This document shows positions 37,907 through 47,472 of a stretch of DNA of 64,000 bases, piece after piece (positions within the stretch are counted from its first letter, which is position 1; each line of letters begins with the position of its first letter). Where the stretch lies: assembly GCA_902490305.1 (NCBI GenBank), contig CABUDI010000004.1:35085-99084 (forward strand), written 5' to 3'. The notes under the pieces are model-generated. The model saw only the letters and a list, made by a program, of their open reading frames with translations. It was not told the origin of the DNA and made no database searches. The stretch comes from an uncultured Collinsella sp. GTDB lineage: Bacteria > Actinomycetota > Coriobacteriia > Coriobacteriales > Coriobacteriaceae. The translations under genes were made by a program, and so were the position numbers.

Positions 37907-38851
37907 TTAGTTGCCCGATGCCGTTCCTTGGCTCGAGCTGTCAGATGCCGTGCCGGACGCGGTTCCGCTCGAGCTGTTGGTGTTGCTGTTGTCGGTAGAT
38001 TCCGTGCCCGATGTATTGCCGCTCGTCTGGTCGCCCGTGCTCGGTTGAGAGCCGTCAGTCGTTTGGCTTGAGTCGGTCGTGCCGGATTGCGTGCCGCTGT
38101 TGTTCGCAGAGGCATCGGCGCCCTGCGATTGATCGGGGGTGTTCGATGACGTGTCGGTGGATGTGGAGTTGCCCTGCGGGTCGTCCTGCTGGCTTTGCGA
38201 TTGACCGGAGCTATCCGCGTCGTGCTCGGTCGTGTGCGACGAAAGGATTGGCTCGGGACGCTCGCCCAGGCCCTCACCGGCCGTAGTGATAAGGATGGCG
38301 CCAGCGCAGGCGATGACCGCGACGATGGCGATGGCGATCGAGAAGACGATGACCTTCTTTTGCGTCTGGCTGCGCTCTGCCGCCGCCTTGGCGCGCAGGC
38401 TGTTGGGGGCGACGCGCGCCGTGGTCGCGCGCCCCGCAATTTGGCGCATCTCCTGCGTAGTCGCAGCGCCACCCAGGTGCTCCTCGGCATCAAACTCAAC
38501 GGGCTCATAGGCGCCGGCGGGGTAGTCGACGGCGGCGTGCGTACCTTTGAGGGCTTCGGCGCTGGCAGAGATAAAGTGGCGGTAGACCTGCGAGGACACA
38601 ACGGTGATGACCGAGCTCACGGCGGCACCAATTACTGAGCCAGCGATACCGATCTTGGAGGCAAGTGCGACGCTCGTGGCGGCGGCTGCGGCGCCGGCGA
38701 TGATCTGGGGAATGGAAATGTCGTCGAAAAGGCCCTTTTTGGGCGCGATGGCCATGGTCTGTCCGATGGAATGGTTTTCGTGAACGCCGTTGTTGAGTGC
38801 GGCCGGTGTCATGACGCGCGTGCGCGGCGCGTCGGTGTACTTGGTTGTCAT
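37907..38851 (-). CDS. Membrane protein with Ser/Thr/Gly-rich disordered C-terminus
   Basis: QIIAGAAAAATS..IGIAGSVIGAAVSS TM hairpin, a further TM, then an S/T-rich tail. Confidence 0.75.
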   Translation of the reverse strand: MTTKYTDAPRTRVMTPAALNNGVHENHSIGQTMAIAPKKGLFDDISIPQIIAGAAAAATSVALASKIGIAGSVIGAAVSSVITVVSSQVYRHFISASAEALKGTHAAVDYPAGAYEPVEFDAEEHLGGAATTQEMRQIAGRATTARVAPNSLRAKAAAERSQTQKKVIVFSIAIAIVAVIACAGAILITTAGEGLGERPEPILSSHTTEHDADSSGQSQSQQDDPQGNSTSTDTSSNTPDQSQGADASANNSGTQSGTTDSSQTTDGSQPSTGDQTSGNTSGTESTDNSNTNSSSGTASGTASDSSSQGTASGN

Positions 38852-39054
38852 ACGGGGCCCTCCCGGTGTAAATCTGCTTCGTTTCATTCAGCCATCAGGG
38901 TACCCACCAGATGTGAATCGTACGTGACATTTAACAGATACCATCAACTCATCAATAGCTCACCAAGTTGGTGGGATGCGGTTGCACCCGGCGGTTGAAC
39001 TACAATAGGGCTTGCTAATTGTTGTGAATGGCGTCTACGCACGGGAGCATTCTT

Positions 39055-41034
39055 ATGAATCTTCACCTTTCTCAGTCTGATGGCTTTTTGCGTGTGGCGG
39101 CGGCGTCGCCGCGGATTCGCGTTGCCGATGTCGAGGGCAATGCCGAGGTTGCGCTGGCGGCTGTTCGCGAAGCTGCCGAGCGTGGCGTTCGTGCGTTGGT
39201 GTTGCCCGAGCTTAATCTGACTGGCTATACCGCGGCCGATCTGTTCCATAACCGTACATTACTGCATGCCTGCGAGACCGCACTGGCACATATTCTCGAT
39301 GAAACCCGCGAGCTGCCGATTGTCTTTACCATCGGTCTTCCCGTTGCAGTTGCCGAGAATATCTACAACTGCGCCGCCGTGTGCTGCGCGGGCGAGCTAT
39401 TGGGCCTCACGGCCAAGAAGTATTTGCCCAACTATGGCGAGTTCTATGAGCGCCGTTGGTTTGCTCCGGCGCCTGCGGATCCCGTGTGGGTTGAATTTGC
39501 CGGTCAGGGTCCGGTCCCGCTGGGTTCGGGGCTTGTCTACCGTTGCTGTGATGAGGGCGCCGAGGACCTGGTGCTGGGCGTTGAGGTCTGTGAGGATCTG
39601 TGGGTGCCGGCACCCCCTTCGACCGAGATGGCGCTTGCCGGCGCGACGGTGATCCTCAACCCGTCGGCCTCGGACGAGATCATCGGCAAGGCGGATTACC
39701 GCCGCAGCCTCATCTCCAATCAGAGTGCACGCCTGTACTGCGCCTATGCCTACGCGGACGCGAGCGAGGGTGAGTCCACGACCGACATGGTCTTTGCGGG
39801 GGAGAACCTCGTTTACGAAAACGGTTCGAAGCTCGCCGCGACCAAGCTGCTTACCTGCGGCATGGCCATTGCCGACGTTGATCTTGACCGCCTGGTTGCC
39901 GAGCGCCGTCGTTCGACGACGTGGACGCGCGCGGACGATGCACCGGAGGCCACGATCGTTGAATTTTCGTTTGAAGGCGTGCTGACAGACGAACCTGTCT
40001 TGCGCGATGCACTCGGCATCGACCGAGTCTTCCCCCGTGCGCCCTTTGTGCCGGCCGACCATGGCGACCTGGCCGAGCGTTGCGAGACCATCCTTGACCT
40101 GCAGACCGCCGGCCTCAAGACCCGCCTTGCCCATACGGGCACCAAGGCTGCGGTCATCGGTCTTTCGGGCGGCCTGGACTCCACGCTGGCACTGCTTGTG
40201 ACCGTGCGCGCCTTCGATGCACTGGGGCTGCCGCGCACCGGTATCACGGCCGTGTCCATGCCCGGCTTTGGCACGACGCATCGTACCAAGTCGAATGCCG
40301 AGTCGCTTGCCCGCGACCTGGGCGTGAGCTTCCGCGAGGTTTCGATTCACGCGGCTGTGGAGCAGCACTTCAGGGACATTGAGCACGATCCGGCCGTGCA
40401 GGACGTGACCTATGAGAACTGCCAAGCCCGCGAGCGTACGCAGATTCTGATGGATCTGGCCAACCAGGCTGGCGGTTTTGTCATCGGCACGGGCGACCTG
40501 TCGGAGCTGGCGCTCGGCTGGGCTACCTATAACGGTGACCACATGAGCATGTATGCCGTCAACGCGAGCGTGCCCAAGACGCTTGTGCGCCATTTGGTGC
40601 GTTATGCCGCCGATGTCTTTGGTGGGCGTATTGCCGAGGTCTTGCTCGATATCCTCGATACGCCGGTGTCCCCCGAGCTTTTGCCGCCCACGGGCGACGG
40701 CGAGATTGCGCAGAAGACCGAGGATTTGGTGGGCCCGTACGAGCTGCACGACTACTTCCTCTACTACCTGCTGCGTTTTGGCTTTGAGCCGGGCAAGATC
40801 TACCGCATGGCGCTCAAGAGCTTCGAGGGCGTCTACGACGCCAAGACCGTCCACACGTGGCTGCGTACGTTCTATCGTCGCTTCTTTGCCCAGCAGTTTA
40901 AGCGCAGCTGCCTGCCCGATGGTCCCAAGGTGGGTTCGGTGACGCTCAGCCCGCGCGGCGATTGGCGTATGCCGAGTGACGCCAGCTCGCGTCTGTGGCT
41001 CGCGCAGATCGACGCGCTCAATGCAATTGACTAA
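39055..41034 (+). CDS. nadE: Glutamine-dependent NAD+ synthetase
   Basis: Nitrilase domain (LPELNLTGY, KKYLPNYGEFYE, EVCEDLW) plus IGLSGGLDSTL, ENCQARER. Confidence 0.95.
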   Translation: MNLHLSQSDGFLRVAAASPRIRVADVEGNAEVALAAVREAAERGVRALVLPELNLTGYTAADLFHNRTLLHACETALAHILDETRELPIVFTIGLPVAVAENIYNCAAVCCAGELLGLTAKKYLPNYGEFYERRWFAPAPADPVWVEFAGQGPVPLGSGLVYRCCDEGAEDLVLGVEVCEDLWVPAPPSTEMALAGATVILNPSASDEIIGKADYRRSLISNQSARLYCAYAYADASEGESTTDMVFAGENLVYENGSKLAATKLLTCGMAIADVDLDRLVAERRRSTTWTRADDAPEATIVEFSFEGVLTDEPVLRDALGIDRVFPRAPFVPADHGDLAERCETILDLQTAGLKTRLAHTGTKAAVIGLSGGLDSTLALLVTVRAFDALGLPRTGITAVSMPGFGTTHRTKSNAESLARDLGVSFREVSIHAAVEQHFRDIEHDPAVQDVTYENCQARERTQILMDLANQAGGFVIGTGDLSELALGWATYNGDHMSMYAVNASVPKTLVRHLVRYAADVFGGRIAEVLLDILDTPVSPELLPPTGDGEIAQKTEDLVGPYELHDYFLYYLLRFGFEPGKIYRMALKSFEGVYDAKTVHTWLRTFYRRFFAQQFKRSCLPDGPKVGSVTLSPRGDWRMPSDASSRLWLAQIDALNAID

Positions 41035-41100
41035 GGTTGGCTAAATTGAACCAATGCGGGGGTTGCAAGCGTTACACTTTTGCAATCTGATGGCCCGTAT

Positions 41101-41134
41101 CGCGCGGCGCTCTTGTCGGAGCGCCGCGTTTTTT
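41101..41134 (+). terminator. Intrinsic terminator after nadE
   Basis: GCGGCGCTC-TTGTCG-GAGCGCCGC-GTTTTTT. Confidence 0.7.
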
Positions 41135-41152
41135 ATATCGAAAGGTGGCACC

Positions 41153-42316
41153 ATGCAGGCATCGCAGCGTCTCGACCGCTTTGGCGCGGAGGTCTTCGCT
41201 TCGCTCAACAACAAGCTTCTCGCGCTGAAGGCTCAGGGCAAGACCATTTACAACATGAGCGTGGGCACGCCCGACTTTAAGCCGTACGACCATGTGGTCG
41301 AGGCGCTCACGCAAGCAGCCCAAGATCCCGAGATGTGGAAGTATGCCCTGCGCGACCTACCCGAACTCAAGCAGGCCGTGTGCGATTACTATGAGCGTCG
41401 CTTTGGCGTTTCAGACATTACGCCGTCCATGGTGCAGTCGTGCAACGGCACACAGGAAGGCGTGGGCCATTTGGGCCTGGCCCTGCTCGATCCGGGTGAC
41501 ACCATTCTGGTCCCCGATCCGTGCTACCCGGTCTTTGAGGCGGGTGCCAAGATCGCCGATGCCAAGCTCGAGTACTATCCGCTGGTTGCCGAGCACAATT
41601 ACCTGCCCTATGTGGCGGGCATCGATCCCGAGGTGGCCGATCGCGCCAAGTATATGATCGTGTCACTGCCCGCGAACCCGGTGGGCTCGGTGGGTACGCC
41701 CGAGGTCTATGAGGAGATCATCGCTTTCGCCCGCGAGCACGACCTGCTCATCGTCCATGACAACGCATACTCCGACATCGTGTTCGACGGCGAGCCGGGT
41801 GGAAGCTTTTTGCAGTATCCCGGCGCGCTCGAGGTGGGCGTGGAGTTTTTCTCGCTCTCCAAGTCGTTTAACGTCACCGGTGCGCGTATCGGCTTTTTGG
41901 TCGGCCGCGAGGACGTGGTCTCTGCCTTTGCCAAGCTGCGCGGCCAGATCGACTTTGGTATGTTCTTCCCGATCCAGAAGGCTGCTATCGCCTGCCTGAA
42001 CGGTCCGCGCGATGAGGTCGAGGCGCAGCGTCTGAAGTACCAGGAGCGCCGCGATGCCCTGTGCGACGGTCTTGAGGGCCTGGGCTGGGAGCGTCCCAAC
42101 GCGCATGGCTCTATGTTTGTGTGGGCCAAGCTTCCCGGTGGTCGCACCGATTCCATGGCGTTTTGCGAGGAGCTCATGGAGAAGGCCGGCGTTGTGGTGA
42201 CGCCGGGCGCGAGCTTTGGCCCTTCGGGCGAGGGGCACGTGCGCATGGCGCTGGTCCTGCCGCCCGATCAGATTGCTTTGGCTGTCGAGGCCATTCGCGA
42301 GGCGGGCCTGTATTAG
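41153..42316 (+). CDS. Class I/II PLP aminotransferase (LL-DAP aminotransferase/AlaC-like)
   Basis: GTPD, PDPCYP, PANPVG, HDNAYSDI, SLSKSFNVTGARIGF. Confidence 0.88.
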   Translation: MQASQRLDRFGAEVFASLNNKLLALKAQGKTIYNMSVGTPDFKPYDHVVEALTQAAQDPEMWKYALRDLPELKQAVCDYYERRFGVSDITPSMVQSCNGTQEGVGHLGLALLDPGDTILVPDPCYPVFEAGAKIADAKLEYYPLVAEHNYLPYVAGIDPEVADRAKYMIVSLPANPVGSVGTPEVYEEIIAFAREHDLLIVHDNAYSDIVFDGEPGGSFLQYPGALEVGVEFFSLSKSFNVTGARIGFLVGREDVVSAFAKLRGQIDFGMFFPIQKAAIACLNGPRDEVEAQRLKYQERRDALCDGLEGLGWERPNAHGSMFVWAKLPGGRTDSMAFCEELMEKAGVVVTPGASFGPSGEGHVRMALVLPPDQIALAVEAIREAGLY

Positions 42317-42517
42317 AAACCTATTTCGACTCGTCAATAGCTCGAAACCGATTTCGTGCAGTTATTTTACGAATCCTGCAAATAATTTCGGTAAACGGTC
42401 GATATTTGGCTGCGAATAGGAGCATAATCAAAGTCCCGATTGGATGTATTGGGATTACGGCAAGCCGCTCGGGTCGTTCCCGGGCGGCTTGTTTGTGGAG
42501 AGAGATGGGAGTTTCTA

Positions 42518-43468
42518 ATGGTTAACGAGAAGAAGGTCGCTATTGTCGGCTGTGGTTTCGTCGGTTCGTCTTCGGCGTTCGCGCTGATGCAGAGTGGTCT
42601 GTTCTCCGAGATGGTCCTCATCGACGTGGACAAGAACCGTGCCGAGGGTGAGGCCCTGGATATCGCGCACGGCATGACGTTTGCCGAGCCGATGAAGATC
42701 TACGCCGGCGATTATTCCGATGTCGCCGACGCCGCCATGATCGTCGTCACCGCTGGCGCCGCCCAGAAGCCCGGCGAGACACGCCTGGACCTGGTCAACA
42801 AGAACGTCAACATCTTCAAGTCCATTATTCCCGAGATCAAGAAGTCCGGCTTCGACGGCATTCTGCTGATCGTCTCCAACCCAGTCGACGTCCTGACCTA
42901 TGCCGCCATCAAGATGTCCGGTCTGCCCGAGGGCCACGTCATCGGTTCCGGCACCGTGCTCGATACCGGTCGCCTGCAGCAGATGCTCGGCGCCCACGTC
43001 GAGGTCGACCCGCGCGACGTTCAGGCCTACGTCATGGGTGAGCACGGCGACTCCGAGTTTGTCGCTTGGTCCAGCGCTCAGGTTGCCGGCGTTCCGCTGA
43101 ACACCTTCTGCGAGCTTCACGGCCACCTGGAGCACGAAGCCGCCGAGAAGCGCATCGCCGAGGACGTCAAGAACTCCGCCTACACCATCATCGAGAAGAA
43201 GCACGCCACCTACTACGGCGTCGCCATGGCCGTTAAGCGCATCTGCACCGCTGTCATGCGCGATGAGCAGACCGTTCTGCCCGTTTCCTCGCTCATGGTG
43301 GGCGAGTATGGCCTGTCCGATCTTGCCATCTCCATGCCGACCGTTGTTGGTCGCGACGGCGTTGTCTGCCGCGTTCCCGTGCCGCTGGACGATGACGAGC
43401 AACATGAGCTCACCGCCTCCGCCAAGGCCCTCAAGGACATCATCGACAGCGTCGACTTCTCCTGCTAA
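42518..43468 (+). CDS. ldh: L-lactate dehydrogenase
   Basis: IVGCGFVG, AQKPGETRLDL, SNPVD, SGTVLDTGR, MGEHGDSE. Confidence 0.95.
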   Translation: MVNEKKVAIVGCGFVGSSSAFALMQSGLFSEMVLIDVDKNRAEGEALDIAHGMTFAEPMKIYAGDYSDVADAAMIVVTAGAAQKPGETRLDLVNKNVNIFKSIIPEIKKSGFDGILLIVSNPVDVLTYAAIKMSGLPEGHVIGSGTVLDTGRLQQMLGAHVEVDPRDVQAYVMGEHGDSEFVAWSSAQVAGVPLNTFCELHGHLEHEAAEKRIAEDVKNSAYTIIEKKHATYYGVAMAVKRICTAVMRDEQTVLPVSSLMVGEYGLSDLAISMPTVVGRDGVVCRVPVPLDDDEQHELTASAKALKDIIDSVDFSC

Positions 43469-43582
43469 ATCAAGCTCGTTAGAGCGAAAAGCTACAATGA
43501 AGGCGTCCGAGCCCACACGGCCCGGGCGCCTTTTTGGTGCAAAGTAACCTGACCCCAATGCACCATAGTTGATGGGAGGGCC

Positions 43583-44743
43583 ATGTCGGATTCGCCTAAT
43601 TTTTTGACCTATGCCCAGACGGCGTTTGATCCGTTTGAGGAGCGGCCGTTCTGCGCGGTGGATAGCCTGGTCTTTGCGTGGTTGTCCTATTTGCGTTTGC
43701 CGGGTGATATGGCGGAGCTGACGAACTGGCAGGGCCTAGACGTACGCGAGCTGCTGCGTGCCGAGTGCTACCGGGACATGATTGGCGACCTGTGGGATCC
43801 GGAGGGGAGCCGTGCCTTACTGGAGGCTGTGGCGGCAAGCCCTCGCTACCGTGGCGTGCGCGTGTGCGGTTATCGTGCCGTGAACGATGTGGCAACGACG
43901 GAGCAGTTTGCGGCCATGACGTTCCGATTCCCGGCAGGATTTTCCTATCTTGCCTTCCGGGGGACCGACAGCACGATCGTGGGCTGGAAAGAGGACTTTA
44001 ACATGGCTTTCCGGTGTCCTGTGCCGGCCCAGGAATCTGCGGCGCGCTATGTGGACGAGGCGGTGGCCGCGATTGATGGTCCGCTCTTGTGCGGAGGCCA
44101 TTCCAAGGGCGGAAACTTGGCGGTGTATGGCGCGGCGATGTGCTCTGACGCTGCTGGCGACCGGATCGAACGGGCCTTCTCCCACGATGGCCCCGGCTTT
44201 GTCGAGGAGTTCCTGAGCGGTGACGCCTTCGCAGGTCTTTCCGGCCGCATCGACAAGACCCTGCCCCAGTCTTCGATTTTCGGCATGATGTTCGAGACAC
44301 AGGAAGATTACGCCATTGTCGAGAGCACCGAATTCAGTCTGCTGCAGCACAATCCCTTTAGCTGGGTCGTTGACGGCTACGACTTTGTGTATTGCGAGCG
44401 TCTGTCTGCCGGCGCTCGATACGTCGATAGCTCTATTCGCGAGATGCTGCTTGCAGTGGGGCCTGCCGAGCGCGAGCGCTTTGTAGATGCGTTGTTCTCC
44501 GTGTTTGAAGCCACAGGGGCCGAACGGTTCGCAGATATCGCAGGGAATTTGCGCGAGAGCCTGCCGGTGATGCTCCAGGCTGCTCAGAGCTTCGACAAAG
44601 ATACGCGCCGTTTCATCTCGCAGACCGTCGTCGCAATTCTTAAATGCGCCCTGCTGCCCAAGCGTTCCGAGCTCAACGTTCCTGCTGCCGGCAAGAGCCT
44701 GGCAGAGCAGCTCGAGGCGTGGCAGTCCGAGCTCCTGCGCTAA
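43583..44743 (+). CDS. DUF2974 (Mbeg1-like) alpha/beta hydrolase
   Basis: AFRGTDSTIVGWKEDFNM, GHSKGGNLA, DGPGF. Confidence 0.9.
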   Translation: MSDSPNFLTYAQTAFDPFEERPFCAVDSLVFAWLSYLRLPGDMAELTNWQGLDVRELLRAECYRDMIGDLWDPEGSRALLEAVAASPRYRGVRVCGYRAVNDVATTEQFAAMTFRFPAGFSYLAFRGTDSTIVGWKEDFNMAFRCPVPAQESAARYVDEAVAAIDGPLLCGGHSKGGNLAVYGAAMCSDAAGDRIERAFSHDGPGFVEEFLSGDAFAGLSGRIDKTLPQSSIFGMMFETQEDYAIVESTEFSLLQHNPFSWVVDGYDFVYCERLSAGARYVDSSIREMLLAVGPAERERFVDALFSVFEATGAERFADIAGNLRESLPVMLQAAQSFDKDTRRFISQTVVAILKCALLPKRSELNVPAAGKSLAEQLEAWQSELLR

Positions 44744-44825
44744 CGCTGGTGCAAAGGGGCATGTTGGTGCATTGGGGCGGGCACGACCGCTATACTGATT
44801 CGTGCTGAAATCGATCTAGAACGGA

Positions 44826-45839
44826 ATGCCGTATATGAAAATCAATCACGCAATCCTGCATATCCTGGACTTTGACTCGGCCGTCAACGTCATGAGCCAG
44901 CGCGAGCTCGATATCGAGAGCCGCACCGTGCGCAACTTCGTGACCACGCATCTGCGTCGTGCCCGCACGTCTGCCGATAACAAGCGCGCCACGTTTGCCG
45001 AGAACTCCGCATTCGGCGGCGAGCTCAAGGGCTATTTCTTTGGCGAGCGCGAATTCGTGGACCTGTCGCAGCAGATTGCGGAGTTTATCTCCTCGGAGCT
45101 TACCAAGGCCGAAAAGGCCGAGTCCACCGATGTCCTCGTTGCCGACTTTGACGATGACGAGGACGCACGCTGGTTTGCCGTCATGCTGTTGGGTTCCAAG
45201 CAGGCCTTTATGCACGAGGTAGGCCGCGAGGAGGGCGAGGTGCGCAACGATATCGCACGCCATTACGCTATCCTGCCGAATCCTTCCCAAAAGGTGCCGA
45301 GCTACGCCATCGTGCGCGCGAGCACCATGGAGATCGGCTACGTGGACAAAAAGCGCAAGATCGCCGGCGAGGACCGCATGCTTATTCCTGACGGCCTGCT
45401 GCAGTGCGATACGGGCGTGTCGGGCAAGGAGATTATCGACACCGTGACGCGCGTGGTCGAGGAGGTTGCCGAGGAGCACGGCGCCAATACGGCCGTGGCG
45501 CTCGCCAAGGTCAAAGCCGCTGTTGCCGAGAAGGTCGAAGACGACGAGGAACTGCCGCCTTGGGATATCGTCGACGAGGTCTTTGAGGACGAGCCGGTCA
45601 TCAAAGAGAGCGTTCGTGCGGCATTGACCGAGGAAAAGGTGCCCGAGCGCGTGCCCGTGGAGCGTAAACAGGTCGAGCGTGCGGCCGTGCGCAATCATAA
45701 GATTCGAACCGATACGGGTATCGAGATCAGCTTCCCGGCCGAGATGGGCTCGAACTCCGAGTATATCGAGTTCGTCAACGAGCCCAACGGCCTCATCTCC
45801 ATCGAACTCAAGAATATCGGGTCAATTGAGAATCGATAA
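44826..45839 (+). CDS. Nucleoid-associated protein (YejK/NdpA family)
   Basis: INHAILHILD, C-terminal KIRTDTGIEISFP...IEFVNEPNG.ISIELKNI. Confidence 0.8.
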   Translation: MPYMKINHAILHILDFDSAVNVMSQRELDIESRTVRNFVTTHLRRARTSADNKRATFAENSAFGGELKGYFFGEREFVDLSQQIAEFISSELTKAEKAESTDVLVADFDDDEDARWFAVMLLGSKQAFMHEVGREEGEVRNDIARHYAILPNPSQKVPSYAIVRASTMEIGYVDKKRKIAGEDRMLIPDGLLQCDTGVSGKEIIDTVTRVVEEVAEEHGANTAVALAKVKAAVAEKVEDDEELPPWDIVDEVFEDEPVIKESVRAALTEEKVPERVPVERKQVERAAVRNHKIRTDTGIEISFPAEMGSNSEYIEFVNEPNGLISIELKNIGSIENR

Positions 45840-45972
45840 ACTGCGCTTGGACGCTGCAAAAATAAAGGCCGAAGCCCCGGATGAGGGCTTCGGCCTTCTT
45901 GTTTGGGGATGAATTGCCCCGCAGGTTGAGCATAAGTCAGCGAAAACGCGGTTTGTCAAAACCGCGTAACTA

Positions 45973-46692
45973 TTAAAGTTGACGTAAGCCCTCTTCCAGG
46001 CCGGTCTTGCTGTCGGTCTTCTCGTCGCGCATCTTGATGACGCGGGCGGGGACACCGGCCACGACGGCGCCGGCGGGGACGTCCTCGACGCATACGGCGC
46101 CGGCGGCCACGACGGCGCCCTTGCCCACGCGCACGCCCTCCAGGACCACGGCGTTGGCGCCAATCATGACATCGTCCTCGATGATGACGGGCGTGGCGCT
46201 CGCGGGCTCAACGACGCCCGCCAGCACGGCGCCGGCGCCGATATGGCAGTTCTTGCCCACGGTGGCGCGGCCGCCCAGCACGGCGCCCATATCGATCATG
46301 GAACCCTCGCCGATGACGGAGCCGATGTTGATGATGGCGCCCATCATGATGACAGCACGGTCACCGATCTCGACACGGTCGCGGATAATCGCGCCCGGCT
46401 CGATGCGGGCGTTGATGCCCTTAAGGTCGAGCATGGGGACGGCGGAGTTGCGGCAGTCATTCTCCACGTCGTAGTAGTCGATGGAGTCGGCGTTGGCGTC
46501 GAGGATGGCCTTGAGCTCATCCCAGTCGCCAAAGACGGTCTTGCCGCGACGGCCGCCGTAGACGTGTGCATCGCCCCACTGGACTTTCATGCCGGGCTTC
46601 TCGCGCACATACAGCTTGACGGGCGTCTTCTTGGGCGCGGTGGCGATGTAGTTGATAATCTCCTGTGCATCCATCTCGGCTGCGTTGCTCAT
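45973..46692 (-). CDS. dapH: 2,3,4,5-tetrahydropyridine-2,6-dicarboxylate N-acetyltransferase
   Basis: [10 protein letters not shown]...[30 protein letters not shown], hexapeptide repeats. Confidence 0.92.
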   Translation of the reverse strand: MSNAAEMDAQEIINYIATAPKKTPVKLYVREKPGMKVQWGDAHVYGGRRGKTVFGDWDELKAILDANADSIDYYDVENDCRNSAVPMLDLKGINARIEPGAIIRDRVEIGDRAVIMMGAIINIGSVIGEGSMIDMGAVLGGRATVGKNCHIGAGAVLAGVVEPASATPVIIEDDVMIGANAVVLEGVRVGKGAVVAAGAVCVEDVPAGAVVAGVPARVIKMRDEKTDSKTGLEEGLRQL

Positions 46693-46731
46693 ATCTTGTT
46701 TCTCCTTTAGCTGGGACTGGTTAATGATTGG

Positions 46732-47472
46732 CTAGGCGAACATGACCTGGTCGAAGGTGTAGAAGCCGGGATCACGGACGACGAGCTTCTGAGCGGCGGT
46801 CAGGGCGCCGTTGACAAAAATCTGACGGCTCGTGGCGCGGTGCGTGAGCGTGACCTCCTCGTCCTGGCCAAAGAAGCTCACCTCGTGCACGCCGGCGACG
46901 GTGCCGCCGCGTAGCGAGTGCATGCCGATCTCCTTGGGGTCGCGCGCGCCGCACATGCCCTCGCGGCCGTAGACGGGGTGATAGCCGGCCTCGGGCTCGG
47001 CCTCGACCACGGCGTCGAGCAGTAGCTTGGCGGTGCCGCTGGGGGCATCGACCTTTTGGTTGTGGTGTGTCTCGACGATCTCGCAGTCAAAGCCGGGCAG
47101 CTCGCGCGTGGCCTGGGCCACCAGATGGCGCAGAGTGGCGATGCCGATGGAGTAGTTGCCCGAGTGCATGACGCGGGCGTTCTGGCCCAGCTCGCGCAGG
47201 CGGTCCATCTGCTCAGGCGTGTAGCCCGTGGTGCCGGAAACGAGTGCGGCGCCCGTACGCTCGACATAGGCAACGACGGCATCAAAGGTCGCGACGTTCG
47301 AGAAGTCGATGATCACATCGGCAGCCGGAGCGCTCTCGAGCTCGGTCAGATCAAAGCCGATCTGGGCGACGATATCAAAGACGGGCTGACCGGCGGCATC
47401 AACGATGCTCTCGGCGGTGGTGCGGATCAGCGAGCCCATGCGGCCCGTTCCCATAATGACGGTCTTAATCAA
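46732..47472 (-). CDS. dapB: 4-hydroxy-tetrahydrodipicolinate reductase
   Basis: GTGRMG, IDFS, SGTTG, ETHHNQKVDAPSGTA, SLRGGTVAGVH. Confidence 0.93.
   Translation of the reverse strand: MIKTVIMGTGRMGSLIRTTAESIVDAAGQPVFDIVAQIGFDLTELESAPAADVIIDFSNVATFDAVVAYVERTGAALVSGTTGYTPEQMDRLRELGQNARVMHSGNYSIGIATLRHLVAQATRELPGFDCEIVETHHNQKVDAPSGTAKLLLDAVVEAEPEAGYHPVYGREGMCGARDPKEIGMHSLRGGTVAGVHEVSFFGQDEEVTLTHRATSRQIFVNGALTAAQKLVVRDPGFYTFDQVMFA

Noticed and set aside
41040..41152. Riboswitch or attenuator before the aminotransferase
   Set aside because: A terminator is present but no aptamer or leader peptide is recognisable; most simply the nadE terminator
42354..42372. Rex-like box upstream of ldh (TCGTGCA-N5-TTTACGA)
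   Set aside because: Spacer is 5 rather than 4 nt and there are several mismatches
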